From IMG/VR virus record IMGVR_UViG_3300021431_004524, positions 64,001 through 128,000 of that record: a DNA stretch of 64,000 bases; one strand, 5' to 3'. Of this stretch, positions 39,777-49,484 are shown piece after piece. This DNA is from a virus (Duplodnaviria; Caudoviricetes). A program made the translations under genes and the position numbers. The notes beneath the pieces were generated by a model. The model searched no databases, was not told where the DNA came from, and saw only the letters and a program-made list of their open reading frames with translations. Position 1 is the stretch's first letter. Every line of letters starts with the position of its first letter.

Positions 39777-42487
39777 TGGCAAGATATAGCAAGATACATA
39801 GTAATTACGTTTTAAGTAAAACCCATCAAGATACCAAAAAAGGTCGTATATATGTGAGAGATTGGGTTACAATCGGCGGGCAGCATCAGATTGAGAAAGG
39901 TAAAAAACCATACTATTCTGATACTAACTTCCTTTTTACCGATAATTCATACCCATCTTACAAGAAAAAACATAACTACGGTAAGTGGGTAGCCCATTGG
40001 GATTACGAAGACGTAAAAAACAGTAAAGAAGATGTAAATATAGTAAAGGTCAATACGTCAAGTAATGATATACGTGACTTTGCTTATTATGGCTCTGCTG
40101 TAGAACTTGTCAAATCCTCTGTAACCAACATTATTAAATGGTTTCCTGCAAGGATTACATTGTCAACTGAGGCTGTAACTTATTTAGATGACAATCAGTA
40201 CAAAGAATTATCCGGTTATAAGATGCTGAATAACCCTTTTGAGGTTGATTTTGTACATACCCTCAGTGAAAAGGAAAAGGAAGAATACAACGTTGACCGT
40301 TTCTTGTGCGAATCATACGGAAATTTTATTTTTAAAGCACAAGATAGTGAGTCGGTACCGGAAACGGAAATGGAAATTATGTCATACACTGTTACAACAT
40401 CTAATGATTACTTGTTAGGTGGTTGTATACCCGAAAATTGGCTACCGAGAGACAATAGAGAACCTGTATATTCAGTTTCAATCAATGGTAGAAAGGTAAT
40501 CGAGGCATGGGTTATTAATTATGAGATTATTCCATTGAGTCAGTTATATAAATTGGAAATTAAACCTAAAAAAGAACTTCTTGATAACTATTTCAATGAA
40601 ATAGATGGTTTTGAGAAGCAACTTTTGACACTTGATTCGAAACCGTTGTATAAAAACTCTTTTTTAACGGCTATTGAAGGAGAATTAGACTATAAATACG
40701 TCTATCGTGATTATACGTGGCCGTCAACAGCAGTAGAATTTACCGTAGGAAATGAAACATTTACACATGGCATAATTGACATATCATCACAGACGTATAT
40801 GGACTATGTGTCAAGTTTGATTGATATGGCTTCTGTCTTTGATGAATTGTGGTGTGATAACCTTTATAGGAATATGACGCATGAATCCATCAAGAACTTT
40901 GACTGGACATATACAAGGGAATATAATGAAGGTGATGAACAAGACAACATAGACGGAGGCAATCAGATAATGAAATTAATTCGTGTCTATGGCCGTGCAT
41001 TTGATGACCTCAAACACAAAATAGATGGTATAAAATATGTTTCAAACAACACCTATGACGGATTTGTTAATCAACCTGATGCTGAAATTTCAGATAGACT
41101 TGAATTAATGGGATGGGACGTAACGTCTACAATTCCAAATTTCATTGATACTGACCAAGGATATATTGGAAAAGATACCGGATATGTAATCGATAAGAAA
41201 ACGTGGGATAACCTTAGTTCTATTGAGCAAGGTAAATATGAACTTGCTTACTATGATGAAGAAACCGGTGATATTATTGGCCAAACGTCTTATAATAAAC
41301 TTGATACTGAAAGTAAAAAGAAATTTAAGAACTATTATCCTCAAATGGATTTGAGCGATGAAAAAATTACCTCATCATTTATTGAAGAAAATGAATATAA
41401 ATGGTTTGATGCGGTAAACAGTAATAATATCAGTGCTCAGAAATCGGATATTGATTTCATGAAAAGGTTGCTGTTGTCTTCAAGCTGTATTTTCAATACA
41501 AAAGGCACTAAACATTCCATCGACATGGTAATGGGCATGTTTGGTTTCGGTGAAAGTGATTATACAATTACTGAAACATATTATCAAACAATCCCAATGG
41601 ACTATACAGATGAAACATATGATGAAATAGAGAATATCAATTATTACAAGAATTATTCTAAACATTATGATGATGCTTATTCTGGTGTTCCTATAAAGGA
41701 TATTTTCTTAGGTAGTAAACATGTCATTGTGCCATATTATGACCAAAGAAGGATATATGACGGTGATTTCATATTTGAAAGCCGCGGTGGATGGACTGAG
41801 AATGGTGAAAATACAGGAATATATACTGAAACATTATCATACCTTCATGTGGTAAGTGATTTTAGTGAGTTGTTGGATATTGACCCTAATTCATTACATG
41901 ACAAAGACATATATTATGTGGCAAACCTTTCAAGTTACAGTGAATATGTTAATACATTGCCACCTAACTTATCACATTTCTTTGTTCTTGTGCTAAATGA
42001 AGATTATAATGGTAAATACATGCCACACCTACCAGAGTCATGGGATAATATTGACATGAGTGATGTAAATAATGAAGATACAAAAAGAGCAAAATACCTT
42101 GATAGTATTATATCGACAAACATAGGAAATAATCCCCATGTCGGTTACGGTACATATGATAGTGGTGACGAATTTAAGCAATATATGGAGAAACCATTCA
42201 AATATGCCATTGATGAATATCTTCTTGATGAAGATTGGAAAACAAAGGCAGAGGATTTAACATTCAATATCAGTGATGCGGAAGATAATGACAAGGTTAA
42301 GAATCTTGTTAATTCTGGTGACAACACACCATATTATATTAACAGAAAATACATTAAAATCACAAATAATTTAGATAATGATTTGTATAAAGAATATTTT
42401 ATGGATGTTATCGTAAAATATCTTATGCAAGTTATTCCATCTACTGCCATACTTGTATTGGAAGGTTTCGATTATACCGAATCTTGA
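39776..42487 (+). CDS. putative baseplate wedge protein (gp7/tail-I-like)
   Basis: FAYYGSAVELV; IFNTKGTKHSIDMVMGMFG resembles the KGT motif of P2 gpI/T4 gp7-like proteins; C-terminal QVIPST. Confidence 0.55.
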   Translation: MARYSKIHSNYVLSKTHQDTKKGRIYVRDWVTIGGQHQIEKGKKPYYSDTNFLFTDNSYPSYKKKHNYGKWVAHWDYEDVKNSKEDVNIVKVNTSSNDIRDFAYYGSAVELVKSSVTNIIKWFPARITLSTEAVTYLDDNQYKELSGYKMLNNPFEVDFVHTLSEKEKEEYNVDRFLCESYGNFIFKAQDSESVPETEMEIMSYTVTTSNDYLLGGCIPENWLPRDNREPVYSVSINGRKVIEAWVINYEIIPLSQLYKLEIKPKKELLDNYFNEIDGFEKQLLTLDSKPLYKNSFLTAIEGELDYKYVYRDYTWPSTAVEFTVGNETFTHGIIDISSQTYMDYVSSLIDMASVFDELWCDNLYRNMTHESIKNFDWTYTREYNEGDEQDNIDGGNQIMKLIRVYGRAFDDLKHKIDGIKYVSNNTYDGFVNQPDAEISDRLELMGWDVTSTIPNFIDTDQGYIGKDTGYVIDKKTWDNLSSIEQGKYELAYYDEETGDIIGQTSYNKLDTESKKKFKNYYPQMDLSDEKITSSFIEENEYKWFDAVNSNNISAQKSDIDFMKRLLLSSSCIFNTKGTKHSIDMVMGMFGFGESDYTITETYYQTIPMDYTDETYDEIENINYYKNYSKHYDDAYSGVPIKDIFLGSKHVIVPYYDQRRIYDGDFIFESRGGWTENGENTGIYTETLSYLHVVSDFSELLDIDPNSLHDKDIYYVANLSSYSEYVNTLPPNLSHFFVLVLNEDYNGKYMPHLPESWDNIDMSDVNNEDTKRAKYLDSIISTNIGNNPHVGYGTYDSGDEFKQYMEKPFKYAIDEYLLDEDWKTKAEDLTFNISDAEDNDKVKNLVNSGDNTPYYINRKYIKITNNLDNDLYKEYFMDVIVKYLMQVIPSTAILVLEGFDYTES

Positions 42488-42541
42488 AATAATCGACATG
42501 TGCAAAGTGTTTTTGAAAGATAAAGAAGAATAATTTATGAT

Positions 42542-43711
42542 ATGAACAGAACAATATTGGTTGATAATATGAATCTTGTGTTTCCGGCTAATTGGGCAGC
42601 CGGAGACACTTCTAATCAAGATGAATTTACTGTTTTAATTGACGGAAAATCCGAGGGTGGAGGATTCAGATATGAAACAAGTAATGATGATTGGTTTGAT
42701 ATTATTCTTACTGATAATACGTTCACTGTAACTGTAAAGGAAAATTTCGACATTATTGAAAGAAACGGATATATCATTATACACCATAACAAAATGATAG
42801 GCGATGATGGTGAGGTGGTTGTTAATATCAAGCAAAATGGTGTTGAATGTGCCATACAAGCCAATCCGTCTGAAATAAGTTTCACCATTTATCCTTGGGA
42901 AAAACCGGACTTAGCAGATATACAAGCAAAACCTGAAAAAGATGAGAGAGAGATTAATATTTCTGTTATTGGTGGCAATGAAAAATACTTTATCAAGTCA
43001 TTTAAGGAATATAAACCAGTTGAAGTGACTAATGACAAAGGCAGAACTACTGTGAATAAGGTAATACAGAATGACAAAGGTATAAAAATCGAAAAAACAG
43101 GCGAAGATAAATTGAAAATTACCAGTTATGGACGTGTTTTTAAGGAAAACGACCAATTCTATGAGATAGTTCTTGCACATGATAATGATATTAGCAAAAC
43201 AGCGACTATTAAGGTTACATATGACGGTGTAGCAATTAATGATGATGTTCCATCATTAAATAGTAATACTAATCAAGTCGAAGAAGTTGTGAATACCGAA
43301 CCTACAAGAACCATGTTAAGAAAATCTGCTAATAGTTTAACCACTAAAAACGAAAATACTGACAATATGGGTAGTTATCTTAAAATTTATGGTTTAAATG
43401 AGCCAATTGTTGAATTAACAAAAAGGGGCAGGAAAAAAAGCATAGAAGAACCCTCAGAAGAAATCATTTTTGAACACGATGGTGGTGTAAAGGAATATGA
43501 TTTTGAAGTATCTCCAAAGCATGCATACGTAACAGTTAAATTGAATTGTGATTTCGTAAAATATAAGATAACCAATAATAAACTTATATTGGAAGCATCG
43601 CCAAGCACGGATATTTATGACCGATATGGCTTTATTAGAATAAGAAATGCAAGTGACCCGTTTGCTGTAGTATATAAGAGAATAGTACAAAAAGGAGAAA
43701 GCCCAAAATAA
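42542..43711 (+). CDS. BACON-domain (Ig-like) protein
   Basis: DWFDII...FTVTVKEN...ERNGYIII...VNIKQNG and FEHDGG...DRYGFIRI...IVQKG repeats. Confidence 0.7.
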   Translation: MNRTILVDNMNLVFPANWAAGDTSNQDEFTVLIDGKSEGGGFRYETSNDDWFDIILTDNTFTVTVKENFDIIERNGYIIIHHNKMIGDDGEVVVNIKQNGVECAIQANPSEISFTIYPWEKPDLADIQAKPEKDEREINISVIGGNEKYFIKSFKEYKPVEVTNDKGRTTVNKVIQNDKGIKIEKTGEDKLKITSYGRVFKENDQFYEIVLAHDNDISKTATIKVTYDGVAINDDVPSLNSNTNQVEEVVNTEPTRTMLRKSANSLTTKNENTDNMGSYLKIYGLNEPIVELTKRGRKKSIEEPSEEIIFEHDGGVKEYDFEVSPKHAYVTVKLNCDFVKYKITNNKLILEASPSTDIYDRYGFIRIRNASDPFAVVYKRIVQKGESPK

Positions 43712-43721
43712 CTTTCTCCTT
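43692..43721. terminator. bidirectional hairpin between convergent genes
   Basis: AAGGAGAAAG / CTTTCTCCTT stem at the junction of 43711(+) and 43720(-). Confidence 0.6.
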
Positions 43722-44550
43722 ATAAATTAATCAGAATTTCATCATCGTTTTTCACGTCTTCATATGAAGATATTTCAAATTTATATGTCTTGTATGGGTT
43801 TGTTACTTCATGTAGACTATATTTCATTGTTTCTACGTCCCATATTACAAAACCATGACCGGTTGTGTTTTCTCCGCTGTTGCATTGGAATACAGAGCCT
43901 GCATATACAATTGGAACACCGTTTTTCTTGATGGTCTGAAACTTATGTATATGTCCGGCCATAACACAGTCACATTCTTTGAAGTCGTTAGTATCAATAC
44001 CTTTCTCAGACATTCGACCTATATCAGTTACAGCACCGGCCACATCACCATGATATAATCCTATTAGTTTACAATCGGGATTCTTTTCCTTTAACCCATC
44101 AATGTTAGGTTTCATGAATTTATCAAACATTGAATAGAGTACCCATATAATGTTATCATCCTTGATATATCCACTTTTATAATTTAGAACCCTATCAGCA
44201 TACGTTATATTGGGATATACACCCTTAATTGAAAATGTAGGTGAGATTGAATCCATTCTATCTTGATTATTTTCAAGCATATCATGATTACCGGCGACGA
44301 TGATTGTTTTTCCGATAGCATTGATATAATTCATAAATTCATGAAATAAATCTTTTGATTCGTTGTCGGCTTTGATTTTCTTTTCAAATATGTCACCAAC
44401 GATTACAATTCTTATTTCTTCTTTTTTGAAACCTTTTGTTTCAAGCATTAATTCACCTGCAAGTTGTTTTAACATCTCGCCAAACGGTCTGTCTGAAGAC
44501 GTAGAGTTCGGTATATGAATATCGGCAATGTGTATAATTTTACGTATCAT
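43720..44550 (-). CDS. Mre11/SbcD-like metallophosphoesterase nuclease (gp47-like)
   Basis: ADIH, VGD, GNHD, YHG, GHIH, YAGS motifs. Confidence 0.88.
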   Translation of the reverse strand: MIRKIIHIADIHIPNSTSSDRPFGEMLKQLAGELMLETKGFKKEEIRIVIVGDIFEKKIKADNESKDLFHEFMNYINAIGKTIIVAGNHDMLENNQDRMDSISPTFSIKGVYPNITYADRVLNYKSGYIKDDNIIWVLYSMFDKFMKPNIDGLKEKNPDCKLIGLYHGDVAGAVTDIGRMSEKGIDTNDFKECDCVMAGHIHKFQTIKKNGVPIVYAGSVFQCNSGENTTGHGFVIWDVETMKYSLHEVTNPYKTYKFEISSYEDVKNDDEILINL

Positions 44551-44565
44551 AATTTATATTTTTTG

Positions 44566-44596
44566 CAAATATACTACATTTTCTTGTTAAAACAAA
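44566..44596 (-). promoter_or_regulatory. Bacteroidetes-type promoter for the SbcD-like gene
   Basis: Reverse strand: TTTG (44596-44593), 19-nt spacer, TATATTTG (44573-44566). Confidence 0.75.
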
Positions 44597-44718
44597 GTTA
44601 ATTTTAGTTAAAAGTTTCTTATTCGGACCTAGGTCCTTGTATACATAGCATATTTATTGATAAATGAAAATATTTCTTATATTTTCATTTTATAGCTTAT
44701 AATTAATTTTTAGTTAAC

Positions 44719-45483
44719 ATGGACCAGGACCTGAAGAAAAAGAGAATAATATTAGGTTTAGATGTTTCAACACGTTGTATAGGTTCCACGGTGGCAAGCC
44801 TTGACGATAATGGAACAATTAAAATTTTAGAAATAAGTCATTTAAGACTTAAAACCCCATCTAAGATAAAGGGAACGAAGTCGTTATTTCTTAAAAGTGA
44901 TTTATTCAAGCAAAAGTTAAAGGACAAATATATGAAATATTATATTACGGATGTCATCATCGAAGAACCTCTTATAAGCAGTAACAATTCTGAAACTGCT
45001 GCAACTTTAATGAGATTCAACGGAATGATTTCACAGTCCGTTAAGGATATACTTGGTGTAATACCGGATTATATCTCTTCATATGACGCAAGAAAATACG
45101 GTTGTCCTTCACTTATGGCAATTAGGAAATATAATAAGCATGGAGAACCATATCCATATAAGAAGATTCAGAAATCTATTAGGAAGAACGAGTTAGTGCT
45201 GTTTGGTGCTTATCCATTTGATTGTGCCAAGAAATACATACTATGGAATTATATTTCGGAGAAATTCCCGGATATTAAGTGGGAATATAATAAAAAACAA
45301 GAACTAAAAGATGAGAATTTTGATGCAAGCGATAGTCTTATGTGTGTTCTTGGATATGTCAGTAAGTGTAAATATGGAAAGAAAGGACCGGAAATTGTAT
45401 GTTGTACGAGTAAGAAAAACCGCATTGAATATACGGTAAGTTTCTGTGGACAGACTTTTAGTAAAACAATTACTTTTGAATAA
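44719..45483 (+). CDS. RuvC-like Holliday junction resolvase
   Basis: ILGLDVST, IIEEP, FDASDS acidic catalytic motifs. Confidence 0.75.
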   Translation: MDQDLKKKRIILGLDVSTRCIGSTVASLDDNGTIKILEISHLRLKTPSKIKGTKSLFLKSDLFKQKLKDKYMKYYITDVIIEEPLISSNNSETAATLMRFNGMISQSVKDILGVIPDYISSYDARKYGCPSLMAIRKYNKHGEPYPYKKIQKSIRKNELVLFGAYPFDCAKKYILWNYISEKFPDIKWEYNKKQELKDENFDASDSLMCVLGYVSKCKYGKKGPEIVCCTSKKNRIEYTVSFCGQTFSKTITFE

Positions 45484-45508
45484 AATATAGTTAATTTTTT
45501 ATAAAAAA

Positions 45509-45540
45509 TTTGGATATTCAGTATGTTTTCAGTATATTTG
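45509..45540 (+). promoter_or_regulatory. Bacteroidetes-type promoter
   Basis: TTTG 45509-45512, 20-nt spacer, TATATTTG 45533-45540. Confidence 0.75.
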
Positions 45541-45558
45541 CAGACAAATCGAGTTTAA

Positions 45559-46575
45559 ATGGAAGAAAGCATACTGAATTTGATTTATACGTTTCTCGGC
45601 AGTTATGGAAAACATTCTGGTGAATGGTATTCATTCAATTGTCCTGAGTGTGCTGCTGAAAAGGGTGTAAAAGCAGATAATAAATACAACCTTGAAGTAA
45701 CCATAGACCTTGCAGTTAGAGGCTGTGGAGGGTATCATTGTTGGCGTTGTAAGGACACAAACGGCACAAAGGGCACACTTGTATCATTGTTCAAGAAATA
45801 TGCCTCTAAACCCGTCCTAGATGAGTTCAGGCAGATTGTATATGATTATCGTGAGGCAAGAAAATATGAATTATTCGATGGAAGTGGTAACATACCCGAT
45901 GAATTTTCAGAGGAAAACGAGTTTTTTCTTCCTGATGGCTTCAAACCGATAAGAGAAAATGACATAAATGCCAAAGATGCAATTGAATATCTTTCAAAAC
46001 GTGGTATTACCAATGATATAATCAGACGTTTTAACATAGGATACATCGGTGATGATGAAAATGTACATTTTTCTTTAAGAAATAGGATAATCATACCGTC
46101 TTATGACAGTTTTGACGGACTTAATTATTGGGTCGGCCGTGATTATACGGGTAAAAACAAGGTCAGATACAAGAATCCAAAGGCCGAGAAGACAAAATTC
46201 ATTTTTAATGAAGGAAAAATCAATTGGTATGAACCTATTACACTGGTAGAAGGCCCGTTTGACCATATTGTCGTGCCTAATTCAATACCTTTACTTGGAA
46301 AAACGTTGGATAAGGATTATTTACTCTATGATAGGCTTGTTAAGTATTCACATAGCCTTATTAACGTGTTTTGTGATGATGACGCGTTGTATAATGCCAA
46401 AAAGATATATAAATTATTGGAAAATACTGAATTAAATGGTCGTATAAGGCTTATTGAGTGTCCAAATGGGTATGATGCTTCATTAATTTATGAAAAATAC
46501 GGAAATAAGGGTATTTTATCATTTTTAACAAAGGCTAAAAAAATAAATGACTATGAATTAGCAACTTTATGCTAA
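45559..46575 (+). CDS. DNA primase (Zn finger + TOPRIM)
   Basis: CPEC/CWRC Zn finger, YLSKRGI, RIIIP, RYKNP, LVEGPFD, DDDA. Confidence 0.9.
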   Translation: MEESILNLIYTFLGSYGKHSGEWYSFNCPECAAEKGVKADNKYNLEVTIDLAVRGCGGYHCWRCKDTNGTKGTLVSLFKKYASKPVLDEFRQIVYDYREARKYELFDGSGNIPDEFSEENEFFLPDGFKPIRENDINAKDAIEYLSKRGITNDIIRRFNIGYIGDDENVHFSLRNRIIIPSYDSFDGLNYWVGRDYTGKNKVRYKNPKAEKTKFIFNEGKINWYEPITLVEGPFDHIVVPNSIPLLGKTLDKDYLLYDRLVKYSHSLINVFCDDDALYNAKKIYKLLENTELNGRIRLIECPNGYDASLIYEKYGNKGILSFLTKAKKINDYELATLC

Positions 46576-46580
46576 TTCAT

Positions 46581-46611
46581 TTTGTGTTTTTGTAAAAATA
46601 TAGTATATTTG
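46581..46611 (+). promoter_or_regulatory. Bacteroidetes-type promoter
   Basis: TTTG 46581-46584, 19-nt spacer, TATATTTG 46604-46611. Confidence 0.75.
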
Positions 46612-46640
46612 CATAAGATATTGATTTAAAGGGAATAGAA

Positions 46641-47039
46641 ATGACAGTTGAAATTGAAATAATAGACCGTGTTTTCTATGGCTTAGAGGATTTTTGCTCT
46701 GCTAATGGGTTAGATGTTAAGGAATACATGTCTGATGCCATTATGGAGAAATATAACCTCGACAAATATGGTGATTTAAACGAAAAACTTGCTAAAAAAA
46801 CGAATATAGAGTCTACCAAGACAGATGAAACCAAGAAAAAGGTTGGAAGGCCAAAGAAAATAAAGGAAGAGGAAATAAATAATGAACAAGACGTTACATC
46901 ACAGGTTACTGAAGACAGACAAACAGAGCCAAAAGAAGAAGAAACAAGACTTGTGGAGGAACCAGTGGTTGAACCTGTGCCTATTGAAACAAACGGCGAA
47001 CCAGTTAAGAAGATAAGAAGGACATTAAAGACAAAATAA
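46641..47039 (+). CDS. putative DNA-binding protein (RHH-like N-terminus, AT-hook)
   Basis: Strand-helix-helix pattern VEIEI..LEDFCSANGLDVKEYMSDAI; KKVGRPKK AT-hook. Confidence 0.45.
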   Translation: MTVEIEIIDRVFYGLEDFCSANGLDVKEYMSDAIMEKYNLDKYGDLNEKLAKKTNIESTKTDETKKKVGRPKKIKEEEINNEQDVTSQVTEDRQTEPKEEETRLVEEPVVEPVPIETNGEPVKKIRRTLKTK

Positions 47040-47042
47040 AAT

Positions 47043-49463
47043 ATGGTTAATGTAAATCCGACAGATAAATTAGTATTTGATTTGAAAATGCTTCAAATCG
47101 ACTTCAACGAACAAAAGAAAGAGTCTCTTAGAAAGGAAATATCTGAGAAATATGGTGTTCCGTTGAAGAATGTTGAGGTTAATTTTGTACCTATTACCGT
47201 TGATACCGATGGTAATAGGATTTCTCTGACCTCAGATGTCATAGAGAATGTACAAGACCCTAATTTCCAAATTGAATTAATGAAGGAAATGCTTGATATT
47301 AGGGAAACAAAGGACGTTGATATTGAGGATATTAAAACTATTGATGCACAGGTTAACGCCTTCGTTGATTTTGACCAATATTCAAAGTATAAACTATATA
47401 AATTCAAATATGTAAAGTGGAGTAATTACCTTTCATACGGTAAGGATAACTATTTTGACTTTACAAAACTTCATGGACTTGTATTATTGAATGGAGAACC
47501 TGAAAATCAGAGTGGTAAAACAACTTTTGCAATAGATTTGCTCAGATTTGCATTATTTGGAAAGGCCCATAAGTCTCCAAACCTTGATAGTGTATTTAAT
47601 GTATACCATCCGGAGGAAACAGAGGTTGTTGTAGAGGCAGGAATTGAGATTGATGGTGTTGATTATGTAATCAGAAGAACAGTTACACGTCCTGCTTTGG
47701 AAAAGAGGACAAAAAAGAGTAAATCAAAACAGAAAATTGAGTATTTCAAGTTACTTAATGGTGATTATGAATTGATTGAGAACTGTGAGGGAGAAACTGG
47801 TGCTGAAACAAACAATATCATTCGTGAATCAGTCGGAAGCGTTGAGGATTATAATCTTGTAATTTCAGCAACTTCAAAGACACTTGCGGATTTGTTTGAT
47901 ATGGGACAGACTGATAAGGGAAAACTATTTTCTCGTTGGCTTGGCTTGCTTACTATTGAAAAGAAAGAGGAAATAGCAAAGGATTTGTGGAAAAAGAAGA
48001 TTTCACCGACATTACTTTCGAATACATACAATAAGGCAACCATTGAGAGTGAAATGACCGATTATGACACCCTTATTAAGAATAGTAAGGATGAAATAGT
48101 AAAGTCGCAGGAAAAGTTAAATGCTTCCAATGAAAAAATCAATAATCTTAATAACGAGAAGGTAAAAGTACTTACGAATCGTAAGGAAATAAAGGAAGAA
48201 TTAATCAAACTTGATGTTACTACGATAGAAACTAAATTAGCCACTAATAATACGGAACTTGCTAACTACCGTGCTCAAATGACTAAGTTAAAAGAGGATT
48301 ATAAAGTAGTAAAGGATGCTAAGTTTGATGAGAGTGAGTATACTTCAACAAAAGAAACAATTGAGAAGAAGAAAAACGAACAAAAGACATATTCAGACAA
48401 GAATATTGAAATAAAGGTTAAAATAGGTCAATTAAGAAATGATACAAAACGTATTGAGAAGTTAATTGAGGACAAAGTATGCCCGACATGCGGACACCCT
48501 ATTGAACTTGATGAACAGAACGGCTTTATTGATAAGAATAAACAAGAAGAAAATAAACTTATCGATGAAGGAAAGAAGAATAAGGCCGAAATCGATAGAA
48601 TACAGACTGAAATCGATAAATTGAACAAACTTGTCTCAGACATGGATGTTCAAAAGGAAAATCTGAGGAAAAAAGGTGAATTTGAACTTAGAATGACAGC
48701 CATAAAGTCTAATATTGAGAATTTGAAACTTAAAATTGCGGATTTAGAAAGACAAAAGACTGAAATTGAGACAAATAAGGATAATATCAAGTATAATAAT
48801 GAGATTGATATTAAGATAAAAAATCTTGATGAGACAATTAAGGCTGAAACAAATATAAAGGAACAACTTATCAAGGAAATTGAAAGTTATAACAATAATA
48901 TCAAGAATTACGAAAAGGAAATCACGAAACGTAAGGAACTTGTGACAAAGTTGTTAGAAGAAGAGAAAATTATCAGAAATTGGACTATTTATCAACAATT
49001 AGTAGGAAAGAATGGTATCGTAAAGATTGTGCTTAAGAGGGCATTGCCAATCATTAATAATGAGATTGCACGTATTCTTGACGGTCTGTGTGACTTTGAG
49101 GTTAAATTGTCGATTTCAGATGATGGCAAGGTGTGCATGGACTTGATAAGGGATGGAGTTGCGATTGATTTAGGAACCGGGGCTTCTGGATTTGAAATGA
49201 CGGCATCTGCACTTGCTATTAGAAGTGCTTTGGCTACAGCCAGCTCGTTGAGTCATAGTAATTGTTTGGTTTTGGACGAGGTTACAGCCCCAGTAGCAGT
49301 ATCAAATTATGATAATTTACATGAATTATATAAGAGAATAATTAAAAATTACGACTTTATACTTCATATTTGTCATAATGAAATGCTTTCAGATTGGCAC
49401 GACCAAAATATTGTAGTAGTAAAAGATTTAAAGAACAATGTTTCAAAAATTGAACTAAAATAA
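47043..49463 (+). CDS. Rad50/SbcC-like SMC ATPase (gp46-like) with N-terminal extension
   Basis: NYLSYG, QSGKTT Walker A, long coiled coil, CPTCG zinc hook, ASGFE signature, VLDE Walker B. Confidence 0.92.
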   Translation: MVNVNPTDKLVFDLKMLQIDFNEQKKESLRKEISEKYGVPLKNVEVNFVPITVDTDGNRISLTSDVIENVQDPNFQIELMKEMLDIRETKDVDIEDIKTIDAQVNAFVDFDQYSKYKLYKFKYVKWSNYLSYGKDNYFDFTKLHGLVLLNGEPENQSGKTTFAIDLLRFALFGKAHKSPNLDSVFNVYHPEETEVVVEAGIEIDGVDYVIRRTVTRPALEKRTKKSKSKQKIEYFKLLNGDYELIENCEGETGAETNNIIRESVGSVEDYNLVISATSKTLADLFDMGQTDKGKLFSRWLGLLTIEKKEEIAKDLWKKKISPTLLSNTYNKATIESEMTDYDTLIKNSKDEIVKSQEKLNASNEKINNLNNEKVKVLTNRKEIKEELIKLDVTTIETKLATNNTELANYRAQMTKLKEDYKVVKDAKFDESEYTSTKETIEKKKNEQKTYSDKNIEIKVKIGQLRNDTKRIEKLIEDKVCPTCGHPIELDEQNGFIDKNKQEENKLIDEGKKNKAEIDRIQTEIDKLNKLVSDMDVQKENLRKKGEFELRMTAIKSNIENLKLKIADLERQKTEIETNKDNIKYNNEIDIKIKNLDETIKAETNIKEQLIKEIESYNNNIKNYEKEITKRKELVTKLLEEEKIIRNWTIYQQLVGKNGIVKIVLKRALPIINNEIARILDGLCDFEVKLSISDDGKVCMDLIRDGVAIDLGTGASGFEMTASALAIRSALATASSLSHSNCLVLDEVTAPVAVSNYDNLHELYKRIIKNYDFILHICHNEMLSDWHDQNIVVVKDLKNNVSKIELK

Positions 49464-49484
49464 AAGAATATGGATTATGGATAG

